Shown: positions 25,311-37,100, counted from the first letter of the stretch. The stretch is DNA of 58,729 nucleotides from a virus (IMGVR_UViG_3300035701_000035:1-58729), one strand, 5' to 3'. The notes: generated from the sequence alone by a model not told the origin. Numbers and translations are program-made.

Positions 25311-28300
25311 TTATAAATATTCAACTTGTCCTCCTGCTGCTAGATACTGTTGTAGTTCATAGGGAGTCATTTCAACTTCATCATCTTCTTCATAGAATGG
25401 ATTAGCATATCCACCATCTTGCATATAACCTCCGTATCTTCCACGATTTGTGTTTGCTGAATTACCACTAGATGAAATACTGTTTTCATTAGAACCAGTA
25501 TTGTTATAATCATACAAACCTGTTTTAGAACCAAAATCTTGCCACCACCCTTTATTAGTGTTACTAGCCATACCTTGATTCTGCATTGGATCAACAGAAT
25601 TTAATGTGTTGTTATACTCCATTGGAGCTTGTTTCATTCTATTCCATGCACCTAATATACCATTACTAATTGCATTACCTGCAGCTAATGATGCTTCTGG
25701 ATCAACACCTATTACATTCTTACGTTTTCTTTTAATACCAACATATTGACTTTCTTGATTTCCAGAAACATCAGTTACGGGTTTACTATTTGGTTGAATA
25801 GGGCTATTTGTATAATTATAAGATTGCATACTTTCAGGTAGAGATGCTTCTTCAACATCTTCTGCACCAAAAAAGTTTTGCATATTATTTAAACTCATAC
25901 TATTAGCACTAGGATCAAAATCTACTTTTTTAGCTCCTGCTGGTGGTGTTTCTAATCCTATTTGAGCTCTATATAATTCTGGTATAGCAATATCTCCTCC
26001 ATAAGCATAATCAGTATAGTTTATTGGACCACCATATTCTTTTTCTTCTGTCCAATCTTTTTCTTCACCTCCAACATAGTCTCTAGAATTTATTTCTTGT
26101 TTTACTAATTGTCCTTTTCTATTTATACCTCTTCTTTCTTTTCCATCTTCTGATTTTTTAGTCTGCAAATATTCTCCTCTATTCATTGTACGTTGACCTT
26201 TACGGTGACTTAACATTTCTTGTAGTTTTCCTAAATCTTGCATAGGAACTCCATTACCGGCACCAGCACCATTTACATCATAAATATCAATCCATTTTTT
26301 ACGACCTCCTAATAAACCTTTTTTAGTAGTATAACTTGCTACAGGATTACCAGATACAAGACCATTATAAGATCTACCATCATTTAAATAGTATGGAGTA
26401 CCTTTTTGTTTAACCCATGAACCTTGTGATTGAACTAATGGATTCCAAGGCATTAAGTCTCTCCAACCACTTTGTGGTCTTACTTCTTTAGGAATGTAAT
26501 TTATTTTAGAATTTTGAATACATCTGTTGTAAGTTGCACTCCATGTAGTTCCAGGTCCACAGTTTGTTTGTGTAACAACATTACTTGAGCCAACATCATT
26601 ATAAGTATCTTGTAATGCTTGATCATAAAAATTTTGATAATCAATATAACCTTGTTCTTCATTATCATAATCAGTATCAAAGTTTCTATTTGGATTAGCA
26701 GCTTCCCAATCTTCTCTTTCCCCTTCTTTCCAGTCTTCCTTAGTCATCTTATCTTGCATACCTCTTCTATTTCCAGATTTGGTATTAACAGTTATACCAG
26801 TCTGAGCTTCTTCAAGACCATATTGTTGGTAATAGTCTTCATCATCTCCACCATAGATAAATTTAGTAAGTGGTTCTTCAGCATCCATATCAATGAATCC
26901 TCCAAATGCAGCTGTAGGATCTGTATTAGATGGTGATGTTTTAAATGCATCTTCAGCAAGATTTGGTTTATAACCATCTTGTGTTAATAAGTTTAAGATT
27001 TGTGGATTCCCTTGTGCATTTTTATATATTTCTTTTGATATAGCTGTATTAGAATTATTTTTTAAAGTATCAAAGAAAGAATTTTTTGTATTAGATATAT
27101 CATTAGTTAAAGTATCATCTCTTTTACCTTGTCCTGGAATACCTTCATTAGAAGGACCTCCATCTGCATACATGGATACCATTTTTTTAATAAACCTATT
27201 TTGAGCTGCACCACCTTTTTTGAATTCATCATCAGGATCTGAATAATTACCTTGATATAAAGTATCAGGTGTCTCTTGTAATAATGCAGGATCAATGGTT
27301 GGTTTTTCAATTTTATCAGGATCAAGAATTTTACTTGGACCTACATCAGTACCACATGGACAATTACCCATAATATCTGGAGCCATATAGTTTAATGCCA
27401 GAGGATCAGTACATTGACATGGATTTGCATATGCATCATATGTTTTATATCCTAAATAACCTAAACCTCCTCCAATTAAACTTGTTTTTAAACCGAGTCT
27501 ATATTTATAATTTATAGCATTTCTTATATCTGAACCATAAGAACCTTCATTAGCAGGGTTAAGTATATTAGGTCCTAAAGCACTATTTGCATAACCATAT
27601 GTTGGTAATGATATTTCATCAACATTTTTAGCAGATGTTCTAAATAATTGATTTAGACCAGTAGTTCCAAGTGTTTCTAAAGTTCTACCAATTTTACCTT
27701 TCCAACCTAGTTTATCAAAAGTATTAGGAGCTACATCAGATATTTCATTAAGTCTTCCTACACTCTTTCCTAACACACCATTAGTATTCCACATACCATT
27801 CATGTAATTAGGAAATGGTGTACCATACTTACCAGTTCTTCCATATATTGGATTTATATCAATTGGTAGATTACCATTAGGACTATCAAGATAATCATCA
27901 TAAAATTCTCCATCGAAATTTTTTGGAGGATAACTACCTTCATAACCTGTTCTAATATTCTTTAATTTATTAGTTTCTAATAATCCTTGATCAGTAGTTA
28001 AGTATTTACCAAATCTACTTGCAGTAGTACCCAATGGTCTATTTATATCATACTTAGTTTTAGCACCAGTTGTAAGAGGATTACCAAGTGGATCAAATAC
28101 TTTTAATTCACCTGTTGCAGGATCTTGATTATAATAAAATCTATTTTTAAATGTAACTTCTTTAGCTTTAGCAGGAGTTGTACCAAAAGGTAATGGTTGA
28201 TTTGGTCCAAATGTATGTTTTAATTCAAAAAAGTTATTACCTTCATCATCTGTACCACCAACAATTTTTGAATCTAATGGATATATTCCACTAACTAAAC

Positions 28301-29501
28301 CATCTTGTTCTGCAAGTGGTTCTATATCACCAAGAGAAAAATTATTATTCCCTTCAGTAAGTTTTAGAATAATATTTTTTACATCATCTTGATATAACAA
28401 TAATCTATCTGCTTGTAAACTACCATCAGTTCCACCAGCATAAGTTCCATTTTGACTAAATATTCCTGTTTTTGGAGTAGCACCATTAAGTACATTCCAT
28501 AATTCATTTCTATTCTGAGTAAATGATGTTGCAAGTTTAGGTGCAAATTTAGGTCCCACATATGGTATCTTAGTCATTGCATGTCCTATTGCTGAAAATC
28601 CTGGTACAGCTTTTCTTATTTTAGAAAAGTTAGTCATAGGAGTATTAATCTTTGGTATATACTTAATAAGTGCGTCATATGCCTTACCAATACCACTACC
28701 ACCTAACTGAGCTCTAGGTAAATAATCTTGAGGTTCAAATGAATCAGATGCACTTCTATAATCTCCTATATAAGATGCTAGATCTGGAAATGCTCCTTGG
28801 TTCTGCATACCTGGAGTAATAGCAATTAAATCTTCTATAGAGTAAGGTTTTGTAAAGTTAGGGTTTCCTGGATTATCAAATTGACCCATTACAGCTTCTT
28901 CTCTTCCTAACTGTTGATTTGGATCTTGATCTTCATAATCATATCCTTGTTCTTCTCCACCATCTGCAAAATAACCACCATATCTAAATGCTTGTTCTTG
29001 CTCATCTTGTTCATTCTCTAGATGAGAAGTATCATTATTAAGAGCTTCTTCATCATCATAGTATCCCTGATCTGACATTGCAAGTTGTTCTTGTTCAGCA
29101 TCTGATGCTGCTCTTTCTGCATCTTCATTTGATTGTTGTTGTGGATCTTGTTGTGGATCTTGTGCTTCTTGTGGTTGACCAGACTCATTTCCTTCTATTA
29201 AATCTGGATCTTCATAACCTTCTTCAGCAAGTTTTGAAAGTGCAGATTTAATAAGCATCACAGATGTATTTTCATCTAATGCATACTCATTAATAAGTTG
29301 GTTATATATAAGATCTGGAGTAGCATCATTTTTTAATGAGATATAAACATCCTCATATATTTGATTTATTCTAGCTGGATCCATACTAGGAGAGGATACT
29401 TCCATACCCATTGCTGCTTTTTTCAAAAACTTTGCAGTTTTGTTATAGTACCCTGGAGTCTCTCCTGGAAGTGCTTTTCTTATCCTTACTTGTTTTTTCA
29501 T
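25311..29501 (-). CDS. Modular virion cargo-like protein (1396 aa)
   Basis: Acidic/Q-rich N-terminus, many xxGG and AQxG motifs, one hydrophobic segment (SLIGGGLGYLGY), small Cys motifs. Confidence 0.75.
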   Translation of the reverse strand: MKKQVRIRKALPGETPGYYNKTAKFLKKAAMGMEVSSPSMDPARINQIYEDVYISLKNDATPDLIYNQLINEYALDENTSVMLIKSALSKLAEEGYEDPDLIEGNESGQPQEAQDPQQDPQQQSNEDAERAASDAEQEQLAMSDQGYYDDEEALNNDTSHLENEQDEQEQAFRYGGYFADGGEEQGYDYEDQDPNQQLGREEAVMGQFDNPGNPNFTKPYSIEDLIAITPGMQNQGAFPDLASYIGDYRSASDSFEPQDYLPRAQLGGSGIGKAYDALIKYIPKINTPMTNFSKIRKAVPGFSAIGHAMTKIPYVGPKFAPKLATSFTQNRNELWNVLNGATPKTGIFSQNGTYAGGTDGSLQADRLLLYQDDVKNIILKLTEGNNNFSLGDIEPLAEQDGLVSGIYPLDSKIVGGTDDEGNNFFELKHTFGPNQPLPFGTTPAKAKEVTFKNRFYYNQDPATGELKVFDPLGNPLTTGAKTKYDINRPLGTTASRFGKYLTTDQGLLETNKLKNIRTGYEGSYPPKNFDGEFYDDYLDSPNGNLPIDINPIYGRTGKYGTPFPNYMNGMWNTNGVLGKSVGRLNEISDVAPNTFDKLGWKGKIGRTLETLGTTGLNQLFRTSAKNVDEISLPTYGYANSALGPNILNPANEGSYGSDIRNAINYKYRLGLKTSLIGGGLGYLGYKTYDAYANPCQCTDPLALNYMAPDIMGNCPCGTDVGPSKILDPDKIEKPTIDPALLQETPDTLYQGNYSDPDDEFKKGGAAQNRFIKKMVSMYADGGPSNEGIPGQGKRDDTLTNDISNTKNSFFDTLKNNSNTAISKEIYKNAQGNPQILNLLTQDGYKPNLAEDAFKTSPSNTDPTAAFGGFIDMDAEEPLTKFIYGGDDEDYYQQYGLEEAQTGITVNTKSGNRRGMQDKMTKEDWKEGEREDWEAANPNRNFDTDYDNEEQGYIDYQNFYDQALQDTYNDVGSSNVVTQTNCGPGTTWSATYNRCIQNSKINYIPKEVRPQSGWRDLMPWNPLVQSQGSWVKQKGTPYYLNDGRSYNGLVSGNPVASYTTKKGLLGGRKKWIDIYDVNGAGAGNGVPMQDLGKLQEMLSHRKGQRTMNRGEYLQTKKSEDGKERRGINRKGQLVKQEINSRDYVGGEEKDWTEEKEYGGPINYTDYAYGGDIAIPELYRAQIGLETPPAGAKKVDFDPSANSMSLNNMQNFFGAEDVEEASLPESMQSYNYTNSPIQPNSKPVTDVSGNQESQYVGIKRKRKNVIGVDPEASLAAGNAISNGILGAWNRMKQAPMEYNNTLNSVDPMQNQGMASNTNKGWWQDFGSKTGLYDYNNTGSNENSISSSGNSANTNRGRYGGYMQDGGYANPFYEEDDEVEMTPYELQQYLAAGGQVEYL

Positions 29502-29518
29502 AACATATTATATATATA

Positions 29519-29529
29519 AATATACTAAA
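29519..29529 (-). promoter_or_regulatory. Candidate late-promoter box TTTAGTATATT
   Basis: Identical 11-mer at 46132-46142, variants at 48483-48492 and 52516-52537; always intergenic, just upstream of a start codon. Confidence 0.5.
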
Positions 29530-29544
29530 TTTTAATTTAATGCA

Positions 29545-29561
29545 TAAACTTTAAAAGTTTA
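29545..29561. promoter_or_regulatory. 17-bp palindrome TAAACTT-N3-AAGTTTA (copy 2)
   Basis: taaactttaaaagttta overlaps the stop of the 1529-aa gene, 15 nt upstream of the GTATATT box. Confidence 0.5.
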
Positions 29562-32500
29562 ATGATCTTCAATGATATATCCATCTTTAACATACTCATC
29601 AATTTCTTTTTTTGATAGACGAGTTACAACTCCACCTTTTTTATTTTTATAACCAGGTGTATCACTTATTTGTTTATATGCATTACCTCCTGTAAATGGA
29701 ATTGATATGTCCCTATTCCATTTATCAAATGTTTGTTTATTCATTTTTTTAACAATCTGTTGTCTCCATTTTTCAAGTTGTTCTGGTTTAGCATTTTGTA
29801 TATCTTCTATTTTTAAATCAAGACCTGCTCTCATTTCCATTACAACATGTAGAGCTGGAGCAGTAGAAAAATAATCATTTTTTTGTGCGTTTAACAATTC
29901 CTGATAAGTATTTGGTAATCTATCTTCAGTATTATTTATAGTTTTTAAATTCCTACGATTTAACATTTGATTATTATCTAAGTTTGTAGTATGAGATATG
30001 TTATCATATAAATTTCTACCTTTTTCATCTGGAGTTGTCTTTTTCATAAGATCAATAAGTTCAGGATCATAAAACTTTTGTTTAAAGTTTTGTATACTTG
30101 AATTAGGAAATAAATTAGAAAATAATTGATCTCTTTCATATGTACCACGTAAAGTTCTAAACAAAGCCGTTGCAGGATCTTCAGGATACATTTTATCAAA
30201 GGTAGCTCTATTATCTAAATATTCAAGTTGTTTATTACCTAAATCAGACAACTCATCTATTGTATAAAAATCACTTTCACCTAACATTTTTTGAGGATCT
30301 GATGCCATATTCATCATAGCATTTCTTGCTGCCCATCCATCTGAAAAATCTTTAAATTTAAAATCACCTACTCCTTTAAATAAATCTGGACCATGTTCTG
30401 GAATATTTAATAAATAATTTTTAAGAGAATTACCTGCATCTATTAAACCTTCTTCTTTCCAATTTGTATCATAATCAGCAGGATCAATATTATACCATTC
30501 TTCACCACGATGAGGGTCATCACCATATTTTATTGCTGAATTTCCACCTGGACTATTTCTATATTTTGTTAAATCAACTTTAGGAACATCAGTTTTTATA
30601 ACTGGACTTTTTGGTTTAGACATACTCCTCATAATTGGAGTTATACCAGGTAAAATATCATCTACATTATGTAAACTGTTTATTGTATTTCTAAATGCAT
30701 TGGTTGGTTTTAACAGTTTACCAATAGATTCCAAACCATATTGAGCTTTAGGAAGTTCTCCTCCTTTGTTAAATTTTGGTTCAGCAGAACCATATACTTT
30801 TCTAGTAAAATCAAAGTTTCCTGTTTTTAATCTTTGTAACTCCTCATTTTGTTTTTTACTTGCAAAATTATCTTGTTGTTTAATTTGTCTAATTAAATCT
30901 TTATAAAACTTTTTATGTTTAGGTGGAAGTAAATAACTAGTATATGTATCTATAAGTTGTGTATACTGATCAGGATTTTTAATTTCATGTTCAAACATAT
31001 TTGTTTTTCCAAGACCAGTGTTTGATGCTTCTTCAACATAAGCTCTAAGTATATCATTTTCTTTATTTTTTGTTATGCTTGTTAGAAAATCACCATCTTG
31101 ATTAGTTTCATATATAAACTTCTTAGGTTTTCCAATTTGTTTTTCTAAATCAAATCCTACAGTATTATTTACTACTGGCATTGTTTGCCCTACAACAGGT
31201 ACATTAAAGTTTGCAATTCGTGCAGATTGAGCAACAGGAATGATATTAGTAAAATCATCTGCACCAAATAAAGAAAGTTGATTAGAAATAGTTTTTGCTT
31301 CTGGTACTATTGGTTTTAATTCTTGTAAAGCTTTAATTACTTGACCTACACCACCACCTCCTTGTAATCTTTGAAGAGCACCTCCATTTTTTCTATTAAA
31401 TTTAGTTGGTAGTCTACCAATTGAATGATTGTGTCGTTGTGTATTAAGTCCTGGATTTTGTTTTAATACAGAAAATTCTCCAAAACCTAAACCTTTACCT
31501 AACTTATTTAAAGGATTAGTTATAGATTCAAAAACAGGTTCTGCTGTATGTAAACCAGGATGACCTAGTGCAATACCAGAACCTGGAGTTGCAGCATCAT
31601 AAAGTCCTGTATATTGAGTATTAAAATTAGGATTACTTAATACAGTACCAGGTTTACGTAAAGCATTTAAACTTTTAAATGTATTAAGTGCAGGCTTTGT
31701 ACCCCAATAAGCAAATAAAGCATTTAATGCAGCAGATCCATAATTTCCTGCTTGAAACTCATCCTTAACATCTTTAATATTTTCTGGTACTTCTAGTAAA
31801 AGACCAGAAGTCATTAATGGATTATCAAAACCTGAAAGAATAGTTCCTAAACCTTTTTTTAAACCAATAGTATTTTTAACTCCTGAACCAAGTAAATTAT
31901 TTCCTGCAGCCATTCTATTAGCATACTTAAGATTACCTAATGCATTAAAACCTTTACCTAATCCATATGATGTACCCATATCTACTAACTCATGACCAAG
32001 AGCATTTGTAAGATTTCCTTGATCATAACCTCTTCTTAAATTCATTCCAATTTTAAATGGATTAAATGCTTGTAGTGGTGTAAAATTTCTTAATATTGAA
32101 AGAGGATTATCATTACCCATTACACCCAGATCAACACCTTTTTCTTTTTGAATACCAAGTTTAGTGTCATAACTTAAATTACTATCTCCCCACATTTCTT
32201 CTTTAGGGTTTGCTGCAAAATATAAAGCATCTAATGGATATTTAAGTACATCTCTAAGTTTGTTACCTGAAGTATTTTCATTAATACCATTCCAATTTTT
32301 GATATTCTCTTTGTTATGCTTTTTTGCCATACCAAATGATGTATTTGCTACATCATTATATAAATCACTATAAGTTTGTGTTTTACCATTTACTTTTTCA
32401 TCTGACTCTAACTCTAATAGTGTTTTATAAATTCTTTCAGGATGATTTTGTACTGTATTTAATATATCAAGTTTACCTGCTTGAGTAGTTCCTGCTTTAG

Positions 32501-34148
32501 TTAATGCTTGGTTTATAAAGTATTTTAAGTCATTTGCAGATAAATTAGAAATATATTTACCTGCTGCATCATTAAACTCTTTTAACTCTCCTTCTTTTCT
32601 AGCTTCTTGAGCACCTACTTCATAGTCTACACGTTTTTTTGCTGCTACTTGTGATCTCATATCTGCAAACTGATCATCTATATTTGCATATGTATAGTTT
32701 GGATCGTAATTATTTTTTGGATCTTTTTTATATTTATTATATTCTTTATCTCCTCTTTCATATTTATTTTTAATATAACCAAGATATTCTTCAGGATTTG
32801 TCATACTAGTTTTGTTCTTTTCAAAAGCAGATACTGGATCATCTGACAAAAATGTATTATCATCTAGCCAACTACTTTTAGTTGGTCCTGATAAACTATT
32901 AACTAACTCCTCTTGTACTTGAGCATATACATCATCAATAATTTTTTTAGTAGGTTCTGCAAACTTAGTTTTTAAACCAGTTTTAGTTCCTACTTTAGGA
33001 GAAAGTTCTGAAATAACTTGGTCTGTAGTTTTTCCTTCATTAACTGCTTTTTTAACTACACTTTGAGTTACCTCACTTGTATAGTTTTCCATAGCACCTT
33101 TCATAAGAGGTCCCATTTGTTCTTCAACTTGTTTACGATCTAATCCCCAAGTGTTTACAAACTGATCTGCTTGAAATCCATTTTTTAAAATTCTATTACG
33201 TACAATATCTAGTGGATATAAATCAGTAAATCCTCTATCATTTTTAATCACAAGATATTTATTTTTTAACTGATTTTCAAGAGATTCCATTAAAGGTTGT
33301 CCATCTTCACCTAATACGGGATTACCTTCTCCATCTATTACAGGAGTTTTACTATCTGTCACATGTGTTGGTAAAGATTGAAATGGTTTTATTTTATCTC
33401 CTTTTTTAGATTTATTAAAAGTTTCATAATATGTCTTGGCACTTTCATCATAGTCATTACTCCTTCTTTTACTGTCTTCTATTCTTGCTTCTTCTCGTCT
33501 AAGATTATAATCTTCTTGTTTTTTTTGTTTAGTATAATCTTCTTGAGCTATTTCTTCTTGATTAATAAGTTGAAAAGCTTCTTCAGTAATACATTGTCCT
33601 TTATATGGAATCTTACCTTCACCACATACTAAAGGCTCTCCTGTCTCAGTAAAAGGTGCATGATAATCTGGAATAAATTGTTCAGGTATTTTAATAGTTT
33701 TTTCTTCTCTTTGATTACCTGCATATGGAAGACCTAACTTTTTTTCTAAACTGTATCTATATGCATTTTCTGCAATTGGATTTCTTAAATAATTACGAGA
33801 CTTGTATGTAAAGTCATGTTCAGGAATAGTTTCCCCTTGTGTCCAATTATTTATTTGACTAAATGTATTAGCTTCTTCTGGTGTTCTTGGTCTACTATAG
33901 TCTTGTGCACCTATGTCATAAGTAGGAACTTGTTCTACTGTAGGAAGATCTTGAGAATTAAAATTATATCCAAAATTATTTTGTACTCCTGTCATAGGTT
34001 CATTAACAACAGGTGCAGTTTTTTCAATATCCCGTGGATGTAATCTTGGATAAACAAAATTTCTTATATTATTACTTAGTTTTTTTAATCCACCACGTTG
34101 TGCCTTTGGTAATGATTGTGGAATACTTGTTATTCTATATTTTGCCAT
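29559..34148 (-). CDS. Modular virion cargo-like protein (1529 aa)
   Basis: Segments bounded by LPKAQRGG, RKNGGALQRLQGGG, NKGGELPKAQYG and KKGG; no catalytic motif recognised. Confidence 0.75.
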   Translation of the reverse strand: MAKYRITSIPQSLPKAQRGGLKKLSNNIRNFVYPRLHPRDIEKTAPVVNEPMTGVQNNFGYNFNSQDLPTVEQVPTYDIGAQDYSRPRTPEEANTFSQINNWTQGETIPEHDFTYKSRNYLRNPIAENAYRYSLEKKLGLPYAGNQREEKTIKIPEQFIPDYHAPFTETGEPLVCGEGKIPYKGQCITEEAFQLINQEEIAQEDYTKQKKQEDYNLRREEARIEDSKRRSNDYDESAKTYYETFNKSKKGDKIKPFQSLPTHVTDSKTPVIDGEGNPVLGEDGQPLMESLENQLKNKYLVIKNDRGFTDLYPLDIVRNRILKNGFQADQFVNTWGLDRKQVEEQMGPLMKGAMENYTSEVTQSVVKKAVNEGKTTDQVISELSPKVGTKTGLKTKFAEPTKKIIDDVYAQVQEELVNSLSGPTKSSWLDDNTFLSDDPVSAFEKNKTSMTNPEEYLGYIKNKYERGDKEYNKYKKDPKNNYDPNYTYANIDDQFADMRSQVAAKKRVDYEVGAQEARKEGELKEFNDAAGKYISNLSANDLKYFINQALTKAGTTQAGKLDILNTVQNHPERIYKTLLELESDEKVNGKTQTYSDLYNDVANTSFGMAKKHNKENIKNWNGINENTSGNKLRDVLKYPLDALYFAANPKEEMWGDSNLSYDTKLGIQKEKGVDLGVMGNDNPLSILRNFTPLQAFNPFKIGMNLRRGYDQGNLTNALGHELVDMGTSYGLGKGFNALGNLKYANRMAAGNNLLGSGVKNTIGLKKGLGTILSGFDNPLMTSGLLLEVPENIKDVKDEFQAGNYGSAALNALFAYWGTKPALNTFKSLNALRKPGTVLSNPNFNTQYTGLYDAATPGSGIALGHPGLHTAEPVFESITNPLNKLGKGLGFGEFSVLKQNPGLNTQRHNHSIGRLPTKFNRKNGGALQRLQGGGGVGQVIKALQELKPIVPEAKTISNQLSLFGADDFTNIIPVAQSARIANFNVPVVGQTMPVVNNTVGFDLEKQIGKPKKFIYETNQDGDFLTSITKNKENDILRAYVEEASNTGLGKTNMFEHEIKNPDQYTQLIDTYTSYLLPPKHKKFYKDLIRQIKQQDNFASKKQNEELQRLKTGNFDFTRKVYGSAEPKFNKGGELPKAQYGLESIGKLLKPTNAFRNTINSLHNVDDILPGITPIMRSMSKPKSPVIKTDVPKVDLTKYRNSPGGNSAIKYGDDPHRGEEWYNIDPADYDTNWKEEGLIDAGNSLKNYLLNIPEHGPDLFKGVGDFKFKDFSDGWAARNAMMNMASDPQKMLGESDFYTIDELSDLGNKQLEYLDNRATFDKMYPEDPATALFRTLRGTYERDQLFSNLFPNSSIQNFKQKFYDPELIDLMKKTTPDEKGRNLYDNISHTTNLDNNQMLNRRNLKTINNTEDRLPNTYQELLNAQKNDYFSTAPALHVVMEMRAGLDLKIEDIQNAKPEQLEKWRQQIVKKMNKQTFDKWNRDISIPFTGGNAYKQISDTPGYKNKKGGVVTRLSKKEIDEYVKDGYIIEDH

Positions 34149-34150
34149 GA

Positions 34151-37100
34151 CTAAATTATTTCAAATGTATAACCTAATTTTTCTAATTTTCTTTTAGTAG
34201 CTTCATCTATTTCATCTCCTAATTCATATTCCATTTCTCCACCTTTTTCCCATTGCTTAATAGTTTTAAAAGTTTTAGGATCTACTAGAAAATTGTTTTC
34301 AATATTAAACGGCTTACCTCCTATTAAACCAAGAGCTTCTACATTTTGTAATGGTTTAAAAAAAGTTTCTCCTAAATAATATTTAGCAGCATCACTTTGA
34401 TTTATTATTCCTGAACTTCTTTTTTCCCATGGATGTAAATCCCAAACATCATTAGCTTGCCAATGCATACCTTCTGGTGTATCTTTCATATCCCATCTAT
34501 AACCACCTCTAACACCATAAGTATCATTGTCATAAATTGAATGTATAAAGTCAGATTTAGGACTTGATTGAACATGATATGTTTGTTGCCATGGTTTATG
34601 ATATTCAGTCTCTTTTTTTGTTAAAGGATGTTTTGATAAATCATAATGTTGTTTTGATAAATTAATTAATTGATCTTTTATATCATCATACTTTTGATCT
34701 TTAAGACCATGAAATATTATATCATTATTTCTTTCAGAGAAAAAATCTGGAGTATGCTCAATACCTAACATTTTATAAGTATTCTCACCTGTTTGTTCTA
34801 ATGTATTATACTCTTGTTGTTGACCTAAACCAACAGCCCATGCATCTAATCTTCTTTGTCCAATATCTTCTAACGTTTTCATAAGAAGAGGGTCATATGC
34901 ATCAAGAGCACCCATTTTATCTTTTGTAGAAAGTTTATTCCATGAAGCTTTAGATGTATTTAATTGAGTAAGTAACTGATCTAATAATTCATTTCTAGGT
35001 CCATATCTTAAACTCATACCAGTTCTAAATGGTCTATTAGAATTATTAACTGTATTATTATATAACTCTCCAGGCATTTCAGTAATTTTATCTTTGATAT
35101 GATAACTAGCAGGATTAATTCCTTTATATGCAAGTAATCTCAATAAATCACCTTCATTATAATTAACAATATTTTTTATTATATTCTTACCTGCAACTTG
35201 TAAACCTGTTTGAGCTTTAACTAGTTCTCCTCCTTGTTCTGCTTTAACAATATTAGAATTTTGATTTGGTTTTTTTTCAACAAAATCATTAAATAATCTA
35301 AGTTTATCTTTTGTTTCATAAGGAAGCATTAAATCTATAAGTTGAGGTGCTATGTCAGAATCTCTAAAATTCATTGATTCTTGCAATTTTTTAAGATGTT
35401 CTTCTGTAAAGTTTTCATTAACAGGATCATACAACCCTTTGCTTTCTAAATATTTTCTTGCTACATCTACTCTTGCTTTTTGTTCATCAGGATTTTCTAG
35501 ATAAGGTTTATTAGTTACCATTATATCTTCAATCAATTTATTAAATTGATCTTTTGGTGGTGTTTCATAAGGTTTAAACTTAATAGGATCTGCAAATATT
35601 TTATCTACACTACCCATTACTGAAGCATGTGATAATTCATGTGTTCTTGTCCATGGATTATCTGTATTTAAATATACACTATGTTTATCTTTATTAAAAT
35701 CATTTAATATTTCATCAAATTGTTCAGAATAATATTTTTTTTCCTTTTTATTTAAAGATGTGTTATTGACAGAATCATAATATGGTTTAAATAATTCTGA
35801 TTCTTTGGATAGTGGAGGGGAATAAAAACCTTTAGCTTTTAGTTCTTCAAATGAAATTTGATCTTTAGGTAACACACCAATATCATTAATCTTTACAGTT
35901 TCAATATTGTTTAATATTTGCTGTCTGTAAGCTTCAGCTTCTTCACCAACTTGGTCAATAGGTTTACCTACCATACGTGCATATCTCTCTTTAAAAAGAG
36001 GACTGTTAGCCATTCTTATTAAGTAATCTTTATCTGTATCTGTAACAGTTTGTTCTCCACCTTCTTGTGCTTTATCTAATTCAGGTACTGAAATATCTTC
36101 TATAATATAACCTCCTTTAGCATACTCTTGTATTTCTTCTGGACTAAGTTTTGCATTAATAAAACCTGGAGCAACATCTTTATAATGTTCTGCAAAATAT
36201 CGTGCATCTTCATCTGAATCAAATCTCATTGCTTCTCTAGAAGAAGGATCATAGTCTCCTAATACTAACTGACCATTTTCATCTTGTATTTGTGGTACAG
36301 CATAGTTATCCATACTTGCCATATAATGAGTACCCGTATCACCATTATCAAACTGATATGGATTGTCTGGTAAATTAATCATTCTTTTAGCAGCAGGATT
36401 ACCAAACTCATTAGCATATGCAAGTTTGGATTTCATCATTGCATTTGTATAGTCTTGCAAATGCTCAGGAAGAGGTATATTATATTCTCCTTCTTCATTA
36501 TGTGAATCAATTACGGCTTGACCTTCAGGAGTATTTTCTCTCCAATCTCTATATGCATTAAGTTTATCTTGTAATGAATAATAGTCATTCATTGTCCAGT
36601 CAGTTGGGTTTCCTATTTGACCTTCTATACCTCTAATTTCTTGTTCCCATTTTTCTGGAGAAGAAGCTCCCCCATCTTGATAGTACTTTGCATGAGGATC
36701 ATAAATCTTATTCTTTCTAGATGAAGGTTTTTCAAATAAATAATTCTCAGCAAAGAATTTATTAGTAGCATCAAGACTTCTTGAATATGATCTAGAGTTT
36801 TTATTTTTTGTTTTATGTACTCCTCCTTTTTTAAATGTAATAGGATTAGTTTGTGTTAAAATAAATGGTTTACCAAAGGCATCCATCAACTGAGTTTGTT
36901 TTTGTCTAAATTTATCAGACATATTCCATTTAGGATCATAGTTTTTAGGAAAAAATCCCCATGAATCTCTTGTAGTTAATTGAAATTCATTTTGAGCAGT
37001 TCTTTGTAAAAGCCCCATATGACCTGCTACATTATCTATTGGATTTACAGGACTATATTCAAAACTAAATAATGGGGGTGGTTTTGATGTGTCAGGTTGT

